From an uncultured Clostridia bacterium (lineage in GTDB: Bacteria > Bacillota > Clostridia > Christensenellales > UBA1242), in NCBI GenBank assembly GCA_944383685.1, contig CALWQM010000015.1:198226-262225 (forward strand): a stretch of 64,000 nucleotides of DNA, in the 5' to 3' direction. The position numbers and the translations under genes were made by a program. Below are positions 18,598 through 28,783 of the stretch, piece by piece; the first letter of the stretch is position 1, and every line of letters begins with the position of its first letter. The notes below the pieces were generated by a model. That model was not told the origin of the DNA, searched no databases, and saw nothing but the letters and a program-made list of their open reading frames with translations.

Positions 18598-19752
18598 TTA
18601 CCAGTTTTCAACAATCTTTCCAATGCTGTCGAAATATGAACTATGTTTAATGTCTTCTTTAACAATCACATCAATTTCCTTAATTATGTTGCCGTCTTTT
18701 GTGATTTGAATAGTTCCAATTTTATCACCTTGTTTTAGTGGAGCTTTTAAAATTTCAGGAACATTTAAAATTGTTTCATATGTTGTGTCATCACCCTTTT
18801 TAACAAGTGCAACAAAATTTTCTTTTGCAAAAACATCACAATTTTCCTTTTTCCCCTTTCCAATTTTAACATTTGCCAAAACATTATCTGTTAAAACCAA
18901 AAATCTGTTTTCAAAATTTGCAAATCCATAATTTAAAAGAAGTGAACTTTCATTAAATCTTGTCTTGCTGTTTTCCGCACCAATAATCACTGAAATCAAT
19001 CTCATGTCCCCGCGCTTTGCAGAGGCGGTCAAACAACATCCTGCTTCATTTGTTGAACCCGTCTTCCCACCATCACAACCATCAAAATATCTAATCAATT
19101 TGTTGGTGTTCACAAGTTCTGTTTTTCTTCCAGAAGGATGCACAAGTTCGTCCATCCAAATTGTTGAATATTTATGATACAATTCATGTTTCAAAACTTC
19201 TCTCATCAAAATGGCAGAATCTTTTGCACAAGAATATTGTTCTGGTGCTGGAAGCCCTGTGCAATTTGCATAATGAGTGTCATTCATTCCAAGTTCTTTT
19301 GCTCTTTTATTCATTCTGTTCACAAAACTTTTCTCGTTTCCATTGAAATATTCAGCAAGGGCCACCGAAGCATCATTGGCAGAAGCCATGACAACCGATT
19401 TCAATAAATCTTCAAATGAATATTCAACATATGGGTCAATAAACACCTGAGAGCCACCCATACCTGATGCATTCTCGGTGGTTGAAATCATGGTGTCAAG
19501 GGCAACATTTCCTTCATCATATTCTTCTAAACTTAAAAGAATTGTCATCATTTTAACCATGCTGGCAACAGGAAGATGAACATTAGGATTCTTTTCAAAC
19601 AAAATTTCTCCGCTTTGGTAATCCATAACAATCCCGCTTTTTGAGGTGATGTCAACATCCCCATTTTCAGCCTTTGCAAGTGCAGCATTTGGAGAAATTA
19701 AAAAGCATACAGCAAGCAAAATCAAAAGTGTTGAAGAAAGTAATTTTTTCAT
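18598..19752 (-). CDS. D-alanyl-D-alanine carboxypeptidase (S11, PBP5/DacB-like)
   Basis: Signal peptide plus SxxK (ASMVKMMT), SxN (SANDAS) and KTG (KTGST) boxes. Confidence 0.85.
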   Translation of the reverse strand: MKKLLSSTLLILLAVCFLISPNAALAKAENGDVDITSKSGIVMDYQSGEILFEKNPNVHLPVASMVKMMTILLSLEEYDEGNVALDTMISTTENASGMGGSQVFIDPYVEYSFEDLLKSVVMASANDASVALAEYFNGNEKSFVNRMNKRAKELGMNDTHYANCTGLPAPEQYSCAKDSAILMREVLKHELYHKYSTIWMDELVHPSGRKTELVNTNKLIRYFDGCDGGKTGSTNEAGCCLTASAKRGDMRLISVIIGAENSKTRFNESSLLLNYGFANFENRFLVLTDNVLANVKIGKGKKENCDVFAKENFVALVKKGDDTTYETILNVPEILKAPLKQGDKIGTIQITKDGNIIKEIDVIVKEDIKHSSYFDSIGKIVENW

Positions 19753-19826
19753 AAAAACTCCTTTTTTCTATTTTCTTCAAAAGAAAAGTTTTTATGCAAT
19801 TTATATTTTCATACTTTTCTTAAACC

Positions 19827-20450
19827 TTAAATAACCAAAATCACTTGCCCATTCAAAAGATAAAGAAGCAGAGTTTCCACCAAATTCACAACAATCAAAA
19901 GCAGGAATGCAAGCAAAAGAAAAAGAAACCTATTGCAGTCCGTTCCGCCATAAAGCTTGCAATTTGAATTAATCTTGCAAATTACGAGATAAAACATAAG
20001 CAAAATAAACAAAGTGGTAAGTTGGCAAGGCAAAATCACAATGATTGCAGTTAAACTTCCGCCTAGCCCATAAAGGATAAAAATAAGCGCAAAGTTAAGT
20101 CCAAAAAGATAACTCCTGTAAACAATCAAAACTTCTGCAAGTGGAAAGAGAACAGGAACAAATGAAATACCAAACAAAATGACAACATTAACAGTAAGCG
20201 AAAGTGTGCGTGAAAAAAATGCAGACGAAGACCCCACAAAACCCGACTTAAAGTCATCTAAATTAATTTCTTGTAAACTTGAAAGTGATTTGCTGTTATT
20301 ATATTTAATTGCAACAAACACACCAACAGAGATGGCAATTAAGATGAGAATAAGTGAAATGATAAACTTCACCCTGTTTTCTCTCACAGCCTTAACACAA
20401 GAAAATCTTAACCCATTAATAAAAGAATGAGATTTATAAGACCTTAACAT
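19827..20450 (-). CDS. SpoIIM-like (DUF95) integral membrane protein
   Basis: 207 aa with about five TM helices. Size and topology fit stage II sporulation protein M; sequence similarity was judged by eye only. Confidence 0.45.
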   Translation of the reverse strand: MLRSYKSHSFINGLRFSCVKAVRENRVKFIISLILILIAISVGVFVAIKYNNSKSLSSLQEINLDDFKSGFVGSSSAFFSRTLSLTVNVVILFGISFVPVLFPLAEVLIVYRSYLFGLNFALIFILYGLGGSLTAIIVILPCQLTTLFILLMFYLVICKINSNCKLYGGTDCNRFLFLLLAFLLLIVVNLVETLLLYLLNGQVILVI

Positions 20451-20511
20451 ATTATATGTTATTTATTTTAAAAAATAAAAAGAACTTATCAGCTTAATTT
20501 CATAATTAAAA

Positions 20512-20537
20512 TAAAAAAGAAAGGGTTAAACCTTTCT
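20512..20537 (-). terminator. terminator following the lipoprotein 3' fragment
   Basis: AGAAAGG-TTTAAC-CCTTTCT followed by TTTTTTATTTT on the minus strand. Confidence 0.6.
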
Positions 20538-20560
20538 CTCTTGTTTTAAATTTTTATAAA

Positions 20561-20836
20561 TCACACACAACCATATTCACTAACCATTATCGTGAATTGA
20601 AAACCTTGAACTGATGTTGCAAATCTTTGAGTTTGCATGCCAAGTTCTGTGAAGCATTTTATATTGTTTAAATTGCTCCCTAAATCTCTTGTGAAATATT
20701 GATTAAAGCCTAAAATATCACTAACTAAATCGCTGAATTTAACACAAAAATCACCAGCAACATTTTCAATTTCACTTATTGATAAGTAATCATTAGTATA
20801 AAAAATAAAGTCACCAATAAATGTGACTTCGCTTTT
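20561..20836 (-). pseudogene. promoterless, start-less 3' fragment paralogous to the C-terminus of the 1214-aa lipoprotein
   Basis: The open frame translates to ...VKFSDLVSDILGFNQYFTRDLGSNLNNIKCFTELGMQTQRFATSVQGFQFTIMVSEYGCV*. This is collinear with the last ~60 aa of the 12091-15735 product. The only usable start would give about 23 aa. Confidence 0.7.
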
Positions 20837-20850
20837 TTATATTTTTTTAC

Positions 20851-22083
20851 TTAATTTTTAAAATCTAAAAGGTTATATGCAACAATTTTCAGTTGTTCAT
20901 AAGTTATTCCACCTTGAAAATATGCAATATATGGTTTTTTTATTGGACTATCGCAAGAAAGTTCAATTGATGCACCTTCAACAAAAGTTCCTGCTGCCAT
21001 GATAACTTGTGAAGTGTAGCCCACCATATCATAAGGTATAGGTAATGCATTGCTGTCAACCGGTGACAATTTTTGAATAAGTTGAACAAAAGAAATCAAT
21101 TCTTCTTCTGTGTTGAAAACAATTGACTTAATGATGTCAAAAGAATCTTCATTTGTGTCTGGGATAATTTTATAGCCCTGCCTTTTCATCACTTCGCCAA
21201 TAAGATATGCCCCTTTAACTGCTTGGCTAACAACATGTGGAGCAATGAAAAGCCCTTGATAGAAAAGTCTGTATCCACCTTCATAAGAGCCAGTTTCCCT
21301 GCCAATTGAAGGACAAGTCAAACGATTTTCAATATGTGAAAGAGCTTCCTTTGTGCCAGCAATATAACCACCTGTTGGAGCAAGTGAACCACCAATATTT
21401 TTAATTAAACTGCCAACAACCACATCTGCACCCACTGAGGTTGGTTCCTTTGTTTCCATAAACTCGCCATAGCAATTATCAACAACAATGAAAGATTTTG
21501 GAGAAATTTGCTTTATCTCTTTAAATATTCCTGCCATAGCTTCAACAGAGAGAGCTTTTCTTGCAGAATACCCTCTTGACCTTTGCACAAAAATAACTCT
21601 TGGTTTATATTTTTTAACTAATTTCAAAATTTTTGCTTCATCAAACTTTGAATCAACTAAATCAACAAATTTAATGTCAATGCCAAAAGACTCCAAACTT
21701 CCATTATCTTTGCCAAACAAAGTATCGTGCAAAGTGTCATAAAGGTCACCAGTGATTGACAAAAGCATATCCTTTGGACGAAGAAGTCCATAAAGAGCTG
21801 TTGCAATACTGTGAGTCCCAGTTGTTAAATGTGGAGAAACAATGGCATCCTCCGTGTCAAAAATTTGAGCAAAAACTTTGCTGAGTCCTTCCTTACCCTT
21901 ATCTGTGTAACCATAGCCAGTTGTTCCAGCAAAATGTTGGTTTGTTATGGCATTGTCATTGAATGCTTTAAGCACCTTGTTTTGATTAAAAAGTGCAATA
22001 TCCTCAATCTTTTCAAACCTGTCTTTGAGGCTATTTTCAATTTCTTTTAAAATTACTAGTTTTGCTTTTTCCATTTTAACCAT
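20851..22083 (-). CDS. methionine gamma-lyase family protein (YnbB / aluminium-resistance-protein family, PLP-dependent)
   Basis: FAGTTGYGYTDKGKEGLSKVFAQIF...SPHLTTGTHSIA matches the YnbB family. It occupies the conserved position after miaA. Confidence 0.8.
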   Translation of the reverse strand: MVKMEKAKLVILKEIENSLKDRFEKIEDIALFNQNKVLKAFNDNAITNQHFAGTTGYGYTDKGKEGLSKVFAQIFDTEDAIVSPHLTTGTHSIATALYGLLRPKDMLLSITGDLYDTLHDTLFGKDNGSLESFGIDIKFVDLVDSKFDEAKILKLVKKYKPRVIFVQRSRGYSARKALSVEAMAGIFKEIKQISPKSFIVVDNCYGEFMETKEPTSVGADVVVGSLIKNIGGSLAPTGGYIAGTKEALSHIENRLTCPSIGRETGSYEGGYRLFYQGLFIAPHVVSQAVKGAYLIGEVMKRQGYKIIPDTNEDSFDIIKSIVFNTEEELISFVQLIQKLSPVDSNALPIPYDMVGYTSQVIMAAGTFVEGASIELSCDSPIKKPYIAYFQGGITYEQLKIVAYNLLDFKN

Positions 22084-22973
22084 TCCTCAACTTTTTCACA
22101 AATTTCATTAAAAGCCTTTTCCTTGTTGTCAGCATCAACATAATTTACATTATCCATTCCCCTAAGAAAAGTGAGTTGTCGTTTGGCATAGTTACGGCTG
22201 TGCTGTTTAATTTCATCAACCATCTTTTCATAGGAAATATTGCCATCCAAATAGTCCAAAACTTCCTTATAGCCAATCGCTTTCATTGCTTGATTTTCTT
22301 TTGTAAGCCCTTGCTTTTTCAAATTTTCAACTTCTTTTACCAAACCATTTTTAAGCATCAAATCAACGCGCAAATTTATTTTTTCATAAAGCTTACTTCT
22401 TTCTTTAACAAGTGCAAAAACAAGACTGTCAATATCACTTTCCGCCTTGGTTTTTTCACCCTTTTCACTTGCAATTTCAATGGCACGCATAAGCCTTAAA
22501 GGATTGTTTTTATCCACTTTTTCTGCAAGTTCACAATCAAGCTTTAAAAGCATTTCATAAAGTTTTGAAACTCCGTCAGTTTTTAAGATTTCTTCAAGTT
22601 GTTTTCTTAAATTTTCATTAATTCCAACTCCGCCAAAATTGTAATTTAAAATTATTGATTTAACATACAAACTTGTTCCACCAACCACAATTGGAAGCTT
22701 TTCCTTTAAAGAAATCTCTTTTATTTTTTCTTTAATTGCAGTGGCATATTCATAAGCCGTGAAAGTTTCGCTTGGGTCTTTAATATCAATAAGATGATGC
22801 TTTACCCCCTGCATTTCTTCTTTTGTTATTTTTGCCGAGCCAATGTTGAGCCCTTTAAAAATTTGCACAGAGTCGCAAGAAATAATCTCGCCATTAAACT
22901 TTTTTGCAAGAGCAACAGATATATCTGTTTTTCCAACAGCGGTCGGTCCCAAAATGAACAAAACTTTTTCCAT
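22056..22973 (-). CDS. miaA: tRNA dimethylallyltransferase
   Basis: P-loop ILGPTAVGKTDIS. The start was chosen at the ATG giving MEKVLFILGPT, which abuts the mutL stop; the track ORF extends to 23003. Confidence 0.92.
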   Translation of the reverse strand: MEKVLFILGPTAVGKTDISVALAKKFNGEIISCDSVQIFKGLNIGSAKITKEEMQGVKHHLIDIKDPSETFTAYEYATAIKEKIKEISLKEKLPIVVGGTSLYVKSIILNYNFGGVGINENLRKQLEEILKTDGVSKLYEMLLKLDCELAEKVDKNNPLRLMRAIEIASEKGEKTKAESDIDSLVFALVKERSKLYEKINLRVDLMLKNGLVKEVENLKKQGLTKENQAMKAIGYKEVLDYLDGNISYEKMVDEIKQHSRNYAKRQLTFLRGMDNVNYVDADNKEKAFNEICEKVEEWLKWKKQN

Positions 22974-22974
22974 T

Positions 22975-24951
22975 TTAAAGCACCCTTTTAAACATTTTTT
23001 CAAAGTCTTTTCGTGTTATTTTAACAACAATAGGTCTTCCATGTGGGCAAAGAAGCACACCTTTTTTCATTTCTTCAATAAGATATGCAATTTCATCTTT
23101 GGTCACACTGTCCCCAGCACGGATGGCATGTTTGCATGCTGTTTGGCATAACTTTTCGTTGATATATGCACTTGCTTTTCTGTCACCAATTGTTTCATCA
23201 CTTAAAACTTCTTCAACAAATTTTGCAAGTGACAAATTGGAAAGTATAAAAGGTATTGAACTTATCTTGAAATCAAGCCCATCCCTTTCCACCTGAAAAC
23301 CAATCTCATGCAAATTTTCCATTTTATCAGCAAATTTTTCAGCATCCTGGCTTTGAAGCGAAAATGTGTATGGAACAAGTAAATCTTGCTTTAAAACTTC
23401 ATTATTGTCAACCTGAGTTTTAAGTTTGTCATAAAGTTGTCTTTCATGCATTGCATGTTGGTCAATGATATACATATTATCTTGATATTCAGTTATGATG
23501 TAAGTTTTAAAGATAACACCAGCAATTTTGATTTCATCCACAACCTTTCCTTCAAGGAAAGTTTCCTTTAAAGGCTCAACTTTTTCCTTGGTTTTATCCT
23601 CTCTTAATGGTTCAGCAGATAAATCAACTTCACTAATAAGTTTTTCTTCTGTTTGGTCAAAAAAGATGTAACCACCTGGATTGTTTTTCTTCCTATCTTC
23701 ACTTTTTATGTTTGAAAATTCAGGCATATTGATAATTTCAATGCTTTTTTTCTTCATTTTAAGTGGTTCATTCAAAGACTCGTCATCAAAGTGGTCTATC
23801 TTTGCCCTGTAACTTGCCCCTTCATCACGAGATAAAGGTTCGATATTAGTTTTTTGTTCAGCATGAAAAGATGTTCTTTGTGGTTCTTTATCATTTTCAA
23901 TAGAAAACTTTGAAAAATCTTTTTCTTCACGATTGGTAAATTCAAAATCTGCAATCAAGTTTGTTGAAATAAGTGCCCTTTCAACAGCTCTGCGGATAAC
24001 TTGAAAGACCCTTGAATTTTCCTGAAATTTAACTTCTCTCTTATTTGGGTGAACGTTTACATCAACTTTGTCATAAGGTAATTCCAAATTTAAAACATAA
24101 ATGGGAAAACGTCCTTTCATAAGAAGTGGCTCATAAGCCCCTTGTATGCAAGCAGAAACCATGTAATTTTCAACAAATCTGCCGTTGACAAAAAGGGTTT
24201 GCCAAGTTCTATTGGGTCTTGAATATTTTGGAGAAACAACAAACCCGCTTACTTTTATGTCGTAATCTTCATAGTCCACTTTAAGAAGGTTGTCATAAAC
24301 CTCTCTGCCATAGATAAGATAAATCACATCTTCAAGTTTATTAGTTGTGGTGTTATAAACGCACTTTTCGTCCACAAAATATTCAAAATTGACATCCGGT
24401 CTTGAAAGCATAAACTTTTCAATTAAATGTGTGACTTCACTTTCTTCACTCTTTGGTTTTTTAAGAAATTTTGCCCTTGCAGGAGTGTTATAAAAAAGGT
24501 TTGAAACAGAAATTGTTGTGCCGTTTACCCTTGCAACTTCTGTGACCTTAGATATCTCTCCGCCGTTTGCTTCAATCATATAACCATTATCACAGTTTGC
24601 AGTTTTTGTGGAAAGTTTTACCATAGAAACAGATGCAATGCTTGCAAGTGCCTCCCCACGGAACCCAAGTGTGGCAATGCTGTCAAGGTCATCAACATCA
24701 CTAATTTTGCTTGTGGCATGTGGCAAAAAAGCAAGTGGCAAATCATCTTTTTCAATTCCAGAGCCATTGTCAGTGACAATGATTTGCTTGATTCCACCAT
24801 CAAAAATTTCAATTTTAATTTTGTTTGCCCCTGCATCAAGGCTGTTTTCCACAAGCTCTTTAACAATGCTTGCTGGCCTTTCAACCACTTCGCCTGCGGC
24901 AATTCTGTTGTATATCTTTGGAGATAACACATTAATTTTCATCCATTTCAC
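22975..24951 (-). CDS. mutL: DNA mismatch repair protein MutL
   Basis: GHKL ATPase motifs (IAAGEVVERPASIVKELVENSLDAG, DNGSGI, GFRGEAL) and a C-terminal dimerisation domain. Confidence 0.95.
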   Translation of the reverse strand: MKWMKINVLSPKIYNRIAAGEVVERPASIVKELVENSLDAGANKIKIEIFDGGIKQIIVTDNGSGIEKDDLPLAFLPHATSKISDVDDLDSIATLGFRGEALASIASVSMVKLSTKTANCDNGYMIEANGGEISKVTEVARVNGTTISVSNLFYNTPARAKFLKKPKSEESEVTHLIEKFMLSRPDVNFEYFVDEKCVYNTTTNKLEDVIYLIYGREVYDNLLKVDYEDYDIKVSGFVVSPKYSRPNRTWQTLFVNGRFVENYMVSACIQGAYEPLLMKGRFPIYVLNLELPYDKVDVNVHPNKREVKFQENSRVFQVIRRAVERALISTNLIADFEFTNREEKDFSKFSIENDKEPQRTSFHAEQKTNIEPLSRDEGASYRAKIDHFDDESLNEPLKMKKKSIEIINMPEFSNIKSEDRKKNNPGGYIFFDQTEEKLISEVDLSAEPLREDKTKEKVEPLKETFLEGKVVDEIKIAGVIFKTYIITEYQDNMYIIDQHAMHERQLYDKLKTQVDNNEVLKQDLLVPYTFSLQSQDAEKFADKMENLHEIGFQVERDGLDFKISSIPFILSNLSLAKFVEEVLSDETIGDRKASAYINEKLCQTACKHAIRAGDSVTKDEIAYLIEEMKKGVLLCPHGRPIVVKITRKDFEKMFKRVL

Positions 24952-24998
24952 TCCTTTAAATTTTAATGCTTATTAAACGGCTTTTATAGGTCGGTAAA

Positions 24999-27599
24999 TT
25001 AATTTTCTTTAACTTTTTCAACAAGGTCATTTAAAACTTCAAAACTTTCCATTGGGCTCATTCTATTCATATCAATATCTTTTAAAATTGACAAAAGTTT
25101 TAAGCCAAGTTTTGAATTTTTCTCCGCTTGTTCCCTTTCTTTATTTTCAGCAAAAATGTCAAGGTCAAGTTTTTGATTTACCTTTTCAAGATTTTTGCTT
25201 ATCTCTTTTGCTCTTGAAATGACTGCCTGTGGAACACCTGCAAGTTCAGCAACTTCAACACCAAAACTTTTGTTTGCATGGCCCCTTATTATCTTTCTTA
25301 AAAAGACAATCTTGTCGCCAATTTCTTTAACAGTTATTTTGTAATTCTTAACACCAGCAATAACTCCTTCAAGTTCACTTAATTCATGGTAATGCGTTGC
25401 AAAAAGAGTTTTGCATTTTAAATTTTTGGCAATGTATTCAACAACTGCCCATGCGATTGAAAGCCCATCAAATGTGGATGTTCCCCTTCCAATTTCATCC
25501 AAAACAACAAGGCTATCTTTGGTTGCATTTGCAAGAATAATTGCAACTTCACTCATCTCAACCATGAAAGTGCTTTGCCCAAAGGCAAGGTCATCACTTG
25601 CCCCAACACGAGTGAAAATTCTGTCAGTAATTGCAATTTCTGCACTTTTTGCTGGAACAAAACTTCCAATATGAGCAAGAAATGTGATAAGGGCAACCTG
25701 ACGCATATATGTGCTTTTTCCAGCCATGTTTGGGCCTGTTATAATCATCATTTTGTTGTCTTCACAATCAAGAAGTGTGTCGTTTGTGATGAATGCGCCA
25801 TTTTTAACAAAATGCTCAACAATAGGATGACGTCCATCAACAATTTTAATTTGTTTAACATTTTTGTTGATTGTTGGCTTAACAAAATTATATTTAACTG
25901 CACATTCGCTAAGAGATAAAAGCATATCAATATCAGCAAGCACACTGCTGACATCTTGGAAATTTTTGATGTAGTTCACAAGATAATCAACAAGAGTTTT
26001 GTAAATTTTTTGCTCTAATTTTATTGCTTCTTCATCTGCGGAGAAGATTCTGTTTTCAAGGTCTTTAAGTTCGCTTGTTGTGTATCTTTCCGCATTTGAA
26101 AGTGTTTGTTTTCTTATATACCTTAATGGCACAAGTTCGCTTTGAAGTTTGCTCACTTCAATATAGTAACCAAACACGCCATTTGAGCCAATTTTAAGGG
26201 TTTTAATCCCTGTTGCTTCACGTTCTCTTTGCTCTAATTCATCCACCCATTTTTTGCCATTTGTCTTGGCATTTCTAAGTTCGTCAAGGTCACTGTTAAA
26301 ATTGTCATTTATGTAACCGCCCTCTTTCAAAAGTGCTGGCGGTTCATTTTTTATTGCCTTATCCAAAAGTTCTGTTATTTCATGAAAATCGAAAATATTT
26401 TCTTTAAGTTCAACAAGTTTTTTGCTTTTCACATTTTCAAGAATTTTTGAAAGGTTTGGAAGTTCCCTTAAAGATTGTTTAAGAGCAACCAAATCTCTTG
26501 GCATAACATTTCCATAGCCAATTTTCCCGCTTATTCTTTCAATATCTCTTATCTTTGAAAGGCTTTCGCCAAGCCTATCACGCATAATAAGGTTTTTTGA
26601 AAGTTCTTCAACACTGTCAAGCCTTGCATTAATAAGCGAACTATCTTTAAGTGGTTGGTCAAAGATTGTTCTAAATCTTCTTGCACCCATGCTTGTTTTT
26701 GTTTTATCCAAAAGCCACAACAAACTTCCATATTTTTTTCTTTCACGGATAGACTCCACAAGTTCCAAATTACGCCTTGTGTTCATGTCAATAACCATAA
26801 AATTGTCGTTGGTGTGTTTTATGATTTTGTTAATGTTTTTAAGAGAACGCTTTTGGGTTTCACAAAGATATTCCACAAGCGCACCAACAGAAATTATGTC
26901 GTTTTTATTTTTAATTTCAAAAACATTGAGGGCATTTTCGCCAAACTGATTAAAAATGCTGTCCTTGCACTTATCCAAAACAAAGGCATATTCATAATAT
27001 TCCTCAAACTTTGGGCAATTCCCAGTGTTTTGAATTGGTAAATTATTATAAAAAGTTTTTGCATCTTTGTTGCCAATCACCTGTGAAGGCATAATCATAG
27101 TAAAAAGGTCGGCAAATTTAGATAAGTCCTTAAAATTCTGTAAATGAAACTCGCCTGTTGTTATATCACTGTAAACAACCGACAAATTGTTATCATTAAG
27201 ATATAAGCACATGATGTAATTGTTCTTATGTTCATCAAGCATGCTGTCCTCTGTCACCGTGCCGGCCGTAATAACCTTTATCACATCTCTTTCCACAATT
27301 TGCCCAGGTTTTGGGTCTGTCAGTTGCTCGCAAATTGCAACCTTATATCCCAAAGAAACAAGTTTTGCAATGTAACTTTCTGCCGCATGATATGGCACTC
27401 CACACATTGGTGCTTTTTCTTCCATACCACAACTTTTGCTGGTCAAAGTTAGGTCCAAAACTCTTGAAATCTCAATTGCATCTTCATTAAAAAGTTCATA
27501 AAAATCACCAAGTCTATAAAAAAGGATGCAATCACTATATTGCTGTTTCATGTTTTCATAATGTTGCATCATTGGTGATAATTTTTCTTTTTTAATCAT
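24999..27599 (-). CDS. mutS: DNA mismatch repair protein MutS
   Basis: N-terminal mismatch-binding TPMMQQY-like segment (SPMMQHY), Walker A GPNMAGKST, 866 aa. Confidence 0.97.
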   Translation of the reverse strand: MIKKEKLSPMMQHYENMKQQYSDCILFYRLGDFYELFNEDAIEISRVLDLTLTSKSCGMEEKAPMCGVPYHAAESYIAKLVSLGYKVAICEQLTDPKPGQIVERDVIKVITAGTVTEDSMLDEHKNNYIMCLYLNDNNLSVVYSDITTGEFHLQNFKDLSKFADLFTMIMPSQVIGNKDAKTFYNNLPIQNTGNCPKFEEYYEYAFVLDKCKDSIFNQFGENALNVFEIKNKNDIISVGALVEYLCETQKRSLKNINKIIKHTNDNFMVIDMNTRRNLELVESIRERKKYGSLLWLLDKTKTSMGARRFRTIFDQPLKDSSLINARLDSVEELSKNLIMRDRLGESLSKIRDIERISGKIGYGNVMPRDLVALKQSLRELPNLSKILENVKSKKLVELKENIFDFHEITELLDKAIKNEPPALLKEGGYINDNFNSDLDELRNAKTNGKKWVDELEQREREATGIKTLKIGSNGVFGYYIEVSKLQSELVPLRYIRKQTLSNAERYTTSELKDLENRIFSADEEAIKLEQKIYKTLVDYLVNYIKNFQDVSSVLADIDMLLSLSECAVKYNFVKPTINKNVKQIKIVDGRHPIVEHFVKNGAFITNDTLLDCEDNKMMIITGPNMAGKSTYMRQVALITFLAHIGSFVPAKSAEIAITDRIFTRVGASDDLAFGQSTFMVEMSEVAIILANATKDSLVVLDEIGRGTSTFDGLSIAWAVVEYIAKNLKCKTLFATHYHELSELEGVIAGVKNYKITVKEIGDKIVFLRKIIRGHANKSFGVEVAELAGVPQAVISRAKEISKNLEKVNQKLDLDIFAENKEREQAEKNSKLGLKLLSILKDIDMNRMSPMESFEVLNDLVEKVKEN

Positions 27600-28720
27600 T
27601 TTTTACCTGTTTCCTTTTGTATTTCTTTTTCCAAATTTAAAAGTTCATTAACTCGCCTATTCTTCACTTCTTGTGGAATTTGCCCTTCCATACTGCTTGC
27701 CACTGTCCCTTCACGAGGAGAATACATGAAAGCAAAAATGCTGTCATATTTCACTTCTCTAACAAGGCTCATAGTGTCCTGAAATTCCTCTTCTGTTTCA
27801 GTTGGGAAGCCCACAATAAAGTCACTTGTAATTCTCACATTTGGAATTTTTTCACGAATTTTGTGAATGATATCAAGGTATTTTTCACGTGTGTATTTGC
27901 GGTTCATAAGCTTTAAAATTCTGTTGTTCCCGCTTTGTGCTGGCAAGTGAATATCCTTTAAAATCTTGTCTTCACTTGCAATAACATCAATAACATCATC
28001 TGTTAAATCTTTTGGATGTGATGTCATGAAAGTAAGCTTAAAATCGCCAGGAATATCGCAAATATCCTTCAAAAGTTTGCTGAAACTTGAACCATTATGT
28101 AAATCATGTCCATAGGAATTAACATTTTGCCCCAAAAGGGTTATCTTCTTATATTTTCCTTCGCTTACAATTTCCCTGATTTCTTTCAAAATATTTTCTT
28201 CGCTTCTGCTTTTTTCTCTGCCTTTAACATAAGGAACAATACAGTAAGTGCAAAAGTTATTGCACCCTTGCATGATATTAACCCAAGCATTTTCGCCACT
28301 TGTTCTTTTATAAGGCAAAGATTCGTCAATATCCCCCTCACTTAAAAGTTCAAGTTGACGCCCCTTTTTAACAGCATTCACATAGTATTCAAAATTTGGC
28401 AAGTTAAAAGTTCCAATCACAATATCCACAAAAGGAAAAGTTTGCAAAATGTAATTTGCAGTTTTCTCTTTTTGTGTCATGCAACCACAAACGGCAATGA
28501 TAAGATTTGGACGCTTCTTTTTCAACTTTTTTAAAGCCCCCACATTACCAAAAACTCTGTCCTCTGCTCCTTCACGAATAGCACAGGTATTAAAAATAAT
28601 CAAATCGGCATCTTCTCGCTTATCCGTGAGAGTGTAGCCCATTTTTTCGCAAATATAAGCCAATTTTTCACTTTCGTGAACATTCATTTGGCAACCGTAA
28701 GTAATAATTATATATTTCAT
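27596..28720 (-). CDS. miaB: tRNA-i6A37 methylthiotransferase MiaB-like, lacking a TRAM domain
   Basis: MTTase N-domain cysteines (YGCQMN, NTCAIRE, VCGC) and radical-SAM CNNFCTYC. The ORF ends at 374 aa, overlapping the mutS start (ATGA), and it occupies the usual miaB-mutS-mutL position. Confidence 0.85.
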   Translation of the reverse strand: MKYIIITYGCQMNVHESEKLAYICEKMGYTLTDKREDADLIIFNTCAIREGAEDRVFGNVGALKKLKKKRPNLIIAVCGCMTQKEKTANYILQTFPFVDIVIGTFNLPNFEYYVNAVKKGRQLELLSEGDIDESLPYKRTSGENAWVNIMQGCNNFCTYCIVPYVKGREKSRSEENILKEIREIVSEGKYKKITLLGQNVNSYGHDLHNGSSFSKLLKDICDIPGDFKLTFMTSHPKDLTDDVIDVIASEDKILKDIHLPAQSGNNRILKLMNRKYTREKYLDIIHKIREKIPNVRITSDFIVGFPTETEEEFQDTMSLVREVKYDSIFAFMYSPREGTVASSMEGQIPQEVKNRRVNELLNLEKEIQKETGKK

Positions 28721-28783
28721 AATATATTATTATACAAGTTTTTTATGAATTTGGCAAGAGAAGAAATGTATTTTTGTGAAAAT

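Noticed and set aside
22056-22083. Expected hfq between miaA and the ynbB-like gene
   Set aside because: The two genes overlap by 28 nt, so there is no room for hfq. Its absence at this position is common in many Clostridia and is not evidence of anything unusual.
24608-24976. Several 69-122-aa ORFs on both strands at the 5' end of mutL
   Set aside because: They overlap the conserved GHKL ATPase coding region of mutL and are shadow frames.
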